From positions 23,306 through 87,305 of the forward strand of contig CAWBJQ010000012.1 of NCBI GenBank assembly GCA_963789075.1: a stretch of DNA of 64,000 bases, given 5' to 3'. Of the stretch, positions 61,255 to 64,000 are shown piece by piece. Numbering within the stretch: position 1 is the stretch's first letter; each line of letters starts with the position of its first letter. The translations under genes were made by a program, and so were the position numbers. The notes under the pieces are model-generated. The model worked only from the letters and a program-made list of their open reading frames with translations, ran no database searches and was not told where the DNA came from. The DNA is from an uncultured Acidobacteriota bacterium (GTDB lineage Bacteria > Acidobacteriota > Vicinamibacteria > Vicinamibacterales > CAVVIG01).

Positions 61255-61285
61255 CGGTCCGGTAGTCCCGTGTTAAGGTCTCCTC

Positions 61286-61735
61286 ATGTATACGACTGTC
61301 CTCGCCATTCATTCCTGGCTACGCTGGGTCGCGCTCGTCGCCGGCGTCGGTGCAACGTTGAGCGCGATGATGGAGCGCGGCGATGGCCGTCGCGCCGATC
61401 GATGGGGCCTCGCGCTGGTGACCTCGCTCGATCTCCAGATGCTGATCGGCCTGCTGCTCTACTTCGCGCTGAGCCCGTTCACGAAGGTCGCCATGCAGGA
61501 CTTCGGCGCCGCGATGAAGGATCCGGGCCTGCGGTTCTTCGCCGTGGAGCACGTCACGATGATGCTCGCCGCCGTGATCCTGGTGCATCTCGGCCGGGTC
61601 CTGGCGCGGAAGGCCGCTTCGCCAGGCGCCAGGCGGACGCGGATGTTCGTCTGCTTCGGCCTCGCCACGATTCTGATGGTCGTCGCGATTCCCTGGCCGG
61701 GCATGGCGCACGGCCGGCCGCTGTTCCGCGTATAA
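61286..61735 (+). CDS. Small polytopic membrane protein (4 TM), intact
   Basis: MYTTVLAIHSWLRWVALVAGVGATLSAMM... Confidence 0.5.
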   Translation: MYTTVLAIHSWLRWVALVAGVGATLSAMMERGDGRRADRWGLALVTSLDLQMLIGLLLYFALSPFTKVAMQDFGAAMKDPGLRFFAVEHVTMMLAAVILVHLGRVLARKAASPGARRTRMFVCFGLATILMVVAIPWPGMAHGRPLFRV

Positions 61736-61749
61736 TCGCGCACCCGCGA

Positions 61750-62184
61750 ATGAATCTTCTCGACGTCCCCGCGCTGGCGTGGTTGGCGGTGGCGACGATT
61801 GCCGCGATTCTCGAAGTCTCGCTGCCGCACTTCGGATCGGCGTTCGTCAGCGCCGGCGCGATTGCGGCGGCCGTCGCCGCGTTCCTCGGCTTCGGCCTCA
61901 CCGCGCAATTCGCCGCCTTCGTCGTCGTGCTGACGGCGTCGATTGCGCTGCTGCGGACGCGGATCCTCGAGCGCATCGGCGGTCCCGGTGTGCCGTCGCG
62001 CACCGCCCCGCTCATCGGCCGGCACGGCGTCGTCACGCACGATCTGGATCCGGCGATCGGGACGGGGCGCGTGAACGTCGGCGGCGAGGACTGGGCCGCC
62101 CGGAGCAGTGAGACGATGACGATTGGGACGAAAGTACGAGTCGTCGGCGCCGACGGCATCGTACTGGAGGTAACGCGCGTATGA
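61750..62184 (+). CDS. NfeD-family membrane protein (2 TM plus C-terminal beta-barrel), partner of stomatin-like proteins
   Basis: MNLLDVPALAWLAVATIAAILEVSLPHFGSAFVSAGAIAAAVAAFLGFGL..GRHGVVTHDLDPAIGTGRVNVGGEDWAARS. Confidence 0.65.
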   Translation: MNLLDVPALAWLAVATIAAILEVSLPHFGSAFVSAGAIAAAVAAFLGFGLTAQFAAFVVVLTASIALLRTRILERIGGPGVPSRTAPLIGRHGVVTHDLDPAIGTGRVNVGGEDWAARSSETMTIGTKVRVVGADGIVLEVTRV

Positions 62185-63098
62185 ATGCTGCCGTGCTCTT
62201 CGGCCTGTCGCTCGTCCTGTTGATCGTGCTGCTGCGGACGATCCGGATCGTCCCGCAGAAGCAGGTGAAGATCATCGAGCGGCTCGGCAAGTATCACCGC
62301 ACGGCGGAAGCCGGGCTCAACACGATCGTTCCCTTCCTCGACTCGATCCGCGCGACGATCGACCTGCGCGAGCAGATCACGAAGATCGAGCCGCAGCCGG
62401 TGATCACGCGCGACAACGTGACGATGGAAGTGGATGCGGTCATCTACTATCTGATCGCCGATCCCGTCCGCGCCACCTACGAAGTCCAGAATCTGCCGTG
62501 GGGGCTCGAGCAGCTGACGCTCTCGGCGCTGCGCAACGTCATCGGCCAGCTCGATCTCGATCACACGCTCTCGTCGCGCGACACCACCAACTCGCAGCTG
62601 CGCGCCGCGCTCGACAGCGCCACGCAGCAATGGGGCGTCAAGGTGATGCGCATCGAGCTCAAGAACATCACGCCGCCGGAAGAAATCCGTCTGACGATGG
62701 AAAAGCAGATGACCGCGGAGCGCACGCGGCGTGCGGTGGTCACCACGGCCGAGGGCGACAAGGCGTCGGCGATCCTGCGCGCGGAAGGCCAGAAGCAGTC
62801 GCAGATTGTGAACGCGGAAGGCGCGAAGGAAGCGGCGATTCTCGCCGCCGACGGTCAGGCGCAGGCGCGGCTGCGCGTGGCGCAGGCCGAAGCGCAGGCG
62901 ATTCAGCTCATTGCGCAGGCGCTCGGCACCGTCGGGAACCCCGCGCAGTACCTGATCGCGCAGCGATATCTCGAATCGTTGAGCGCGATCGCGACCGACG
63001 CGCAGAAGCTCGTGTTCCTGCCGTATGAAGCGAGCGGCGTGATGGCGTCGCTCGGCGGCATCCGCGAGCTGCTGCAGTCCACACCTCCAGCAAAATAG
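62181..63098 (+). CDS. SPFH/band-7 stomatin-like (paraslipin/QmcA-type) protein, intact
   Basis: IVPQKQVKIIERLGKYHRTAEAGLNTIVPFLDSIRATIDLREQ..ITRDNVTMEVDAVIYY..VMRIELKNITPPEEI. The ATG overlaps the upstream TGA as ATGA. Confidence 0.8.
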   Translation: MNAAVLFGLSLVLLIVLLRTIRIVPQKQVKIIERLGKYHRTAEAGLNTIVPFLDSIRATIDLREQITKIEPQPVITRDNVTMEVDAVIYYLIADPVRATYEVQNLPWGLEQLTLSALRNVIGQLDLDHTLSSRDTTNSQLRAALDSATQQWGVKVMRIELKNITPPEEIRLTMEKQMTAERTRRAVVTTAEGDKASAILRAEGQKQSQIVNAEGAKEAAILAADGQAQARLRVAQAEAQAIQLIAQALGTVGNPAQYLIAQRYLESLSAIATDAQKLVFLPYEASGVMASLGGIRELLQSTPPAK

Positions 63099-63158
63099 GC
63101 TTGGCGTCGATCGCCATGTAAATTCCTGAGCAGCTCTGCTGTAGAATGGCGCACCGAC

Positions 63159-64000
63159 GTGCGCAAGACACTTCGCCCCCTCCTCCTTCTGGGCCTGCTG
63201 CTGTCGTCGGCGCCGGCCTTGGCGCAGCCGTCCGCGCCCGCGCGGAATCCTGAAGAAGGGCGCCCATTCATCCGCAGCTACCGGCCTGCGGATCTCGGCG
63301 GCGACTTTCAGAACTGGGCCATCGTCCAGGACCGCCGTGGGGTCATCTATGTCGGCAGCCAGAGCGGCGTCCTGGAGTTCGACGGCGTCTCGTGGCGGCT
63401 GATTGAGACGCCGACGCTCGACACCGTGCGATCGCTCGCCATCGACGACACCGGCCGCATCTATGCCGGAAGCGTCGGCGAGCTCGGGTATCTCGCGCCC
63501 GACGCCGCAGGGGAAATGCGCTACGTGTCGCTCGTCGATCGCCTTCCGGAGAACGCACGCCGATTCTCCGACGTCTGGCGGACCTTCGCGACGCCGCGTG
63601 GCGTGCTGTTCCAGAGCGGAGAGTACGTGTTCCGCTGGGCCGACAATGCGATGCAGGTGATTCCGGCGAGATCGCGCTTCAATCGCTCTTCCATCCTGGA
63701 CGGCCGCCTGTATGTGACGCTGCCCGAGTCGGGACTCAACGTGCTCGAGGGCGACACGTTCCACGTGCTACCGGGTACCGCGGCGATCGCGCGGGAGGTC
63801 TTTCCGATCGTCTTGCGATACGACGACAAGCGTCTCCTGATCGGTACGCGCAGCAACGGCTTGTTCCTGTACGACGGCTCCGCGCTCGTCCCGTTTCCGA
63901 CCGATGTCGACCACCTGATCAAGGCAACCGTCCTCTACCGCGCGCTGACGCTGCCGAACGGAACCATCGCCCTCACGACCACTGGCTCCGGCATCGTGAT
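63159..64000 (+). CDS. N-terminal part of a large signalling protein with two-component-regulator beta-propeller repeats; truncated at the window end
   Basis: GTG start, signal peptide RKTLRPLLLLGLLLSSAPALAQP, ..IVQDRRGVIYVGSQSGVLEFDG..IDDTGRIYAGSVGELGYL. Confidence 0.55.
   Translation, partial: MRKTLRPLLLLGLLLSSAPALAQPSAPARNPEEGRPFIRSYRPADLGGDFQNWAIVQDRRGVIYVGSQSGVLEFDGVSWRLIETPTLDTVRSLAIDDTGRIYAGSVGELGYLAPDAAGEMRYVSLVDRLPENARRFSDVWRTFATPRGVLFQSGEYVFRWADNAMQVIPARSRFNRSSILDGRLYVTLPESGLNVLEGDTFHVLPGTAAIAREVFPIVLRYDDKRLLIGTRSNGLFLYDGSALVPFPTDVDHLIKATVLYRALTLPNGTIALTTTGSGIV

Noticed and set aside
61170-61260. Checked the heptamer/octamer tandem arrays at 61186..61254 and 5401..5428 as possible CRISPR arrays, and checked the rest of the window for any CRISPR array or cas gene
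   Set aside because: The units are 7-8 bp with no spacers, so these are simple-sequence repeats. No cas gene and no repeat-spacer array is present anywhere in the window.

Overview
The window is 64 kb of high-GC (about 68% by eye) bacterial chromosome. Gene content looks Acidobacteria-like (an inference from families, not a search): a TIGR03436-type VWA protein, three TonB-dependent receptors with carboxypeptidase-regulatory-like N-domains, DUF2911, an HGSNAT-like acyltransferase. I support roughly 60 protein genes and one tRNA-Lys(UUU). I see no rRNA, no CRISPR array, and no integrase or transposase gene.

Main loci:
- A heme operon in Bacillus-like order hemE-hemH-hemY, preceded by a CheY-like response regulator and followed by an O-methyltransferase and an arginase.
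- Two LytS/LytTR two-component systems, each followed by small membrane or secreted proteins.
- A metal-homeostasis neighbourhood: a P1B-type ATPase apparently fused to an HflK-like SPFH domain, then hflC and hflK; a divergent ZnuCB-like ABC pair with no binding protein; and a TonB receptor translationally coupled to a catalytically dead, actuator-less P-type-ATPase homologue.
- A PIG-L deacetylase plus HGSNAT-like acyltransferase pair, sucA, an octahaem c-type cytochrome, an MFS transporter, and an NfeD-stomatin pair.

Two global observations. First, about 20 genes are interrupted by apparent single-base frameshifts, distributed very unevenly (dense in 0-5.5 kb, hemE, sucA and the M16 peptidase; none in three 2.5 kb receptor genes). 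Several coincide with homopolymers, so consensus indel error is at least as likely as pseudogenisation. Second, the intergenic regions carry a family of related repeats: two copies of a roughly 170-190 bp MITE-like element with TTGCCACAGAG / CTCTGTGGCAA termini, CACGAAG/CTTCGTG heptamer hairpins with an identical 20-mer at two loci, and tandem heptamer/octamer simple-sequence repeats.
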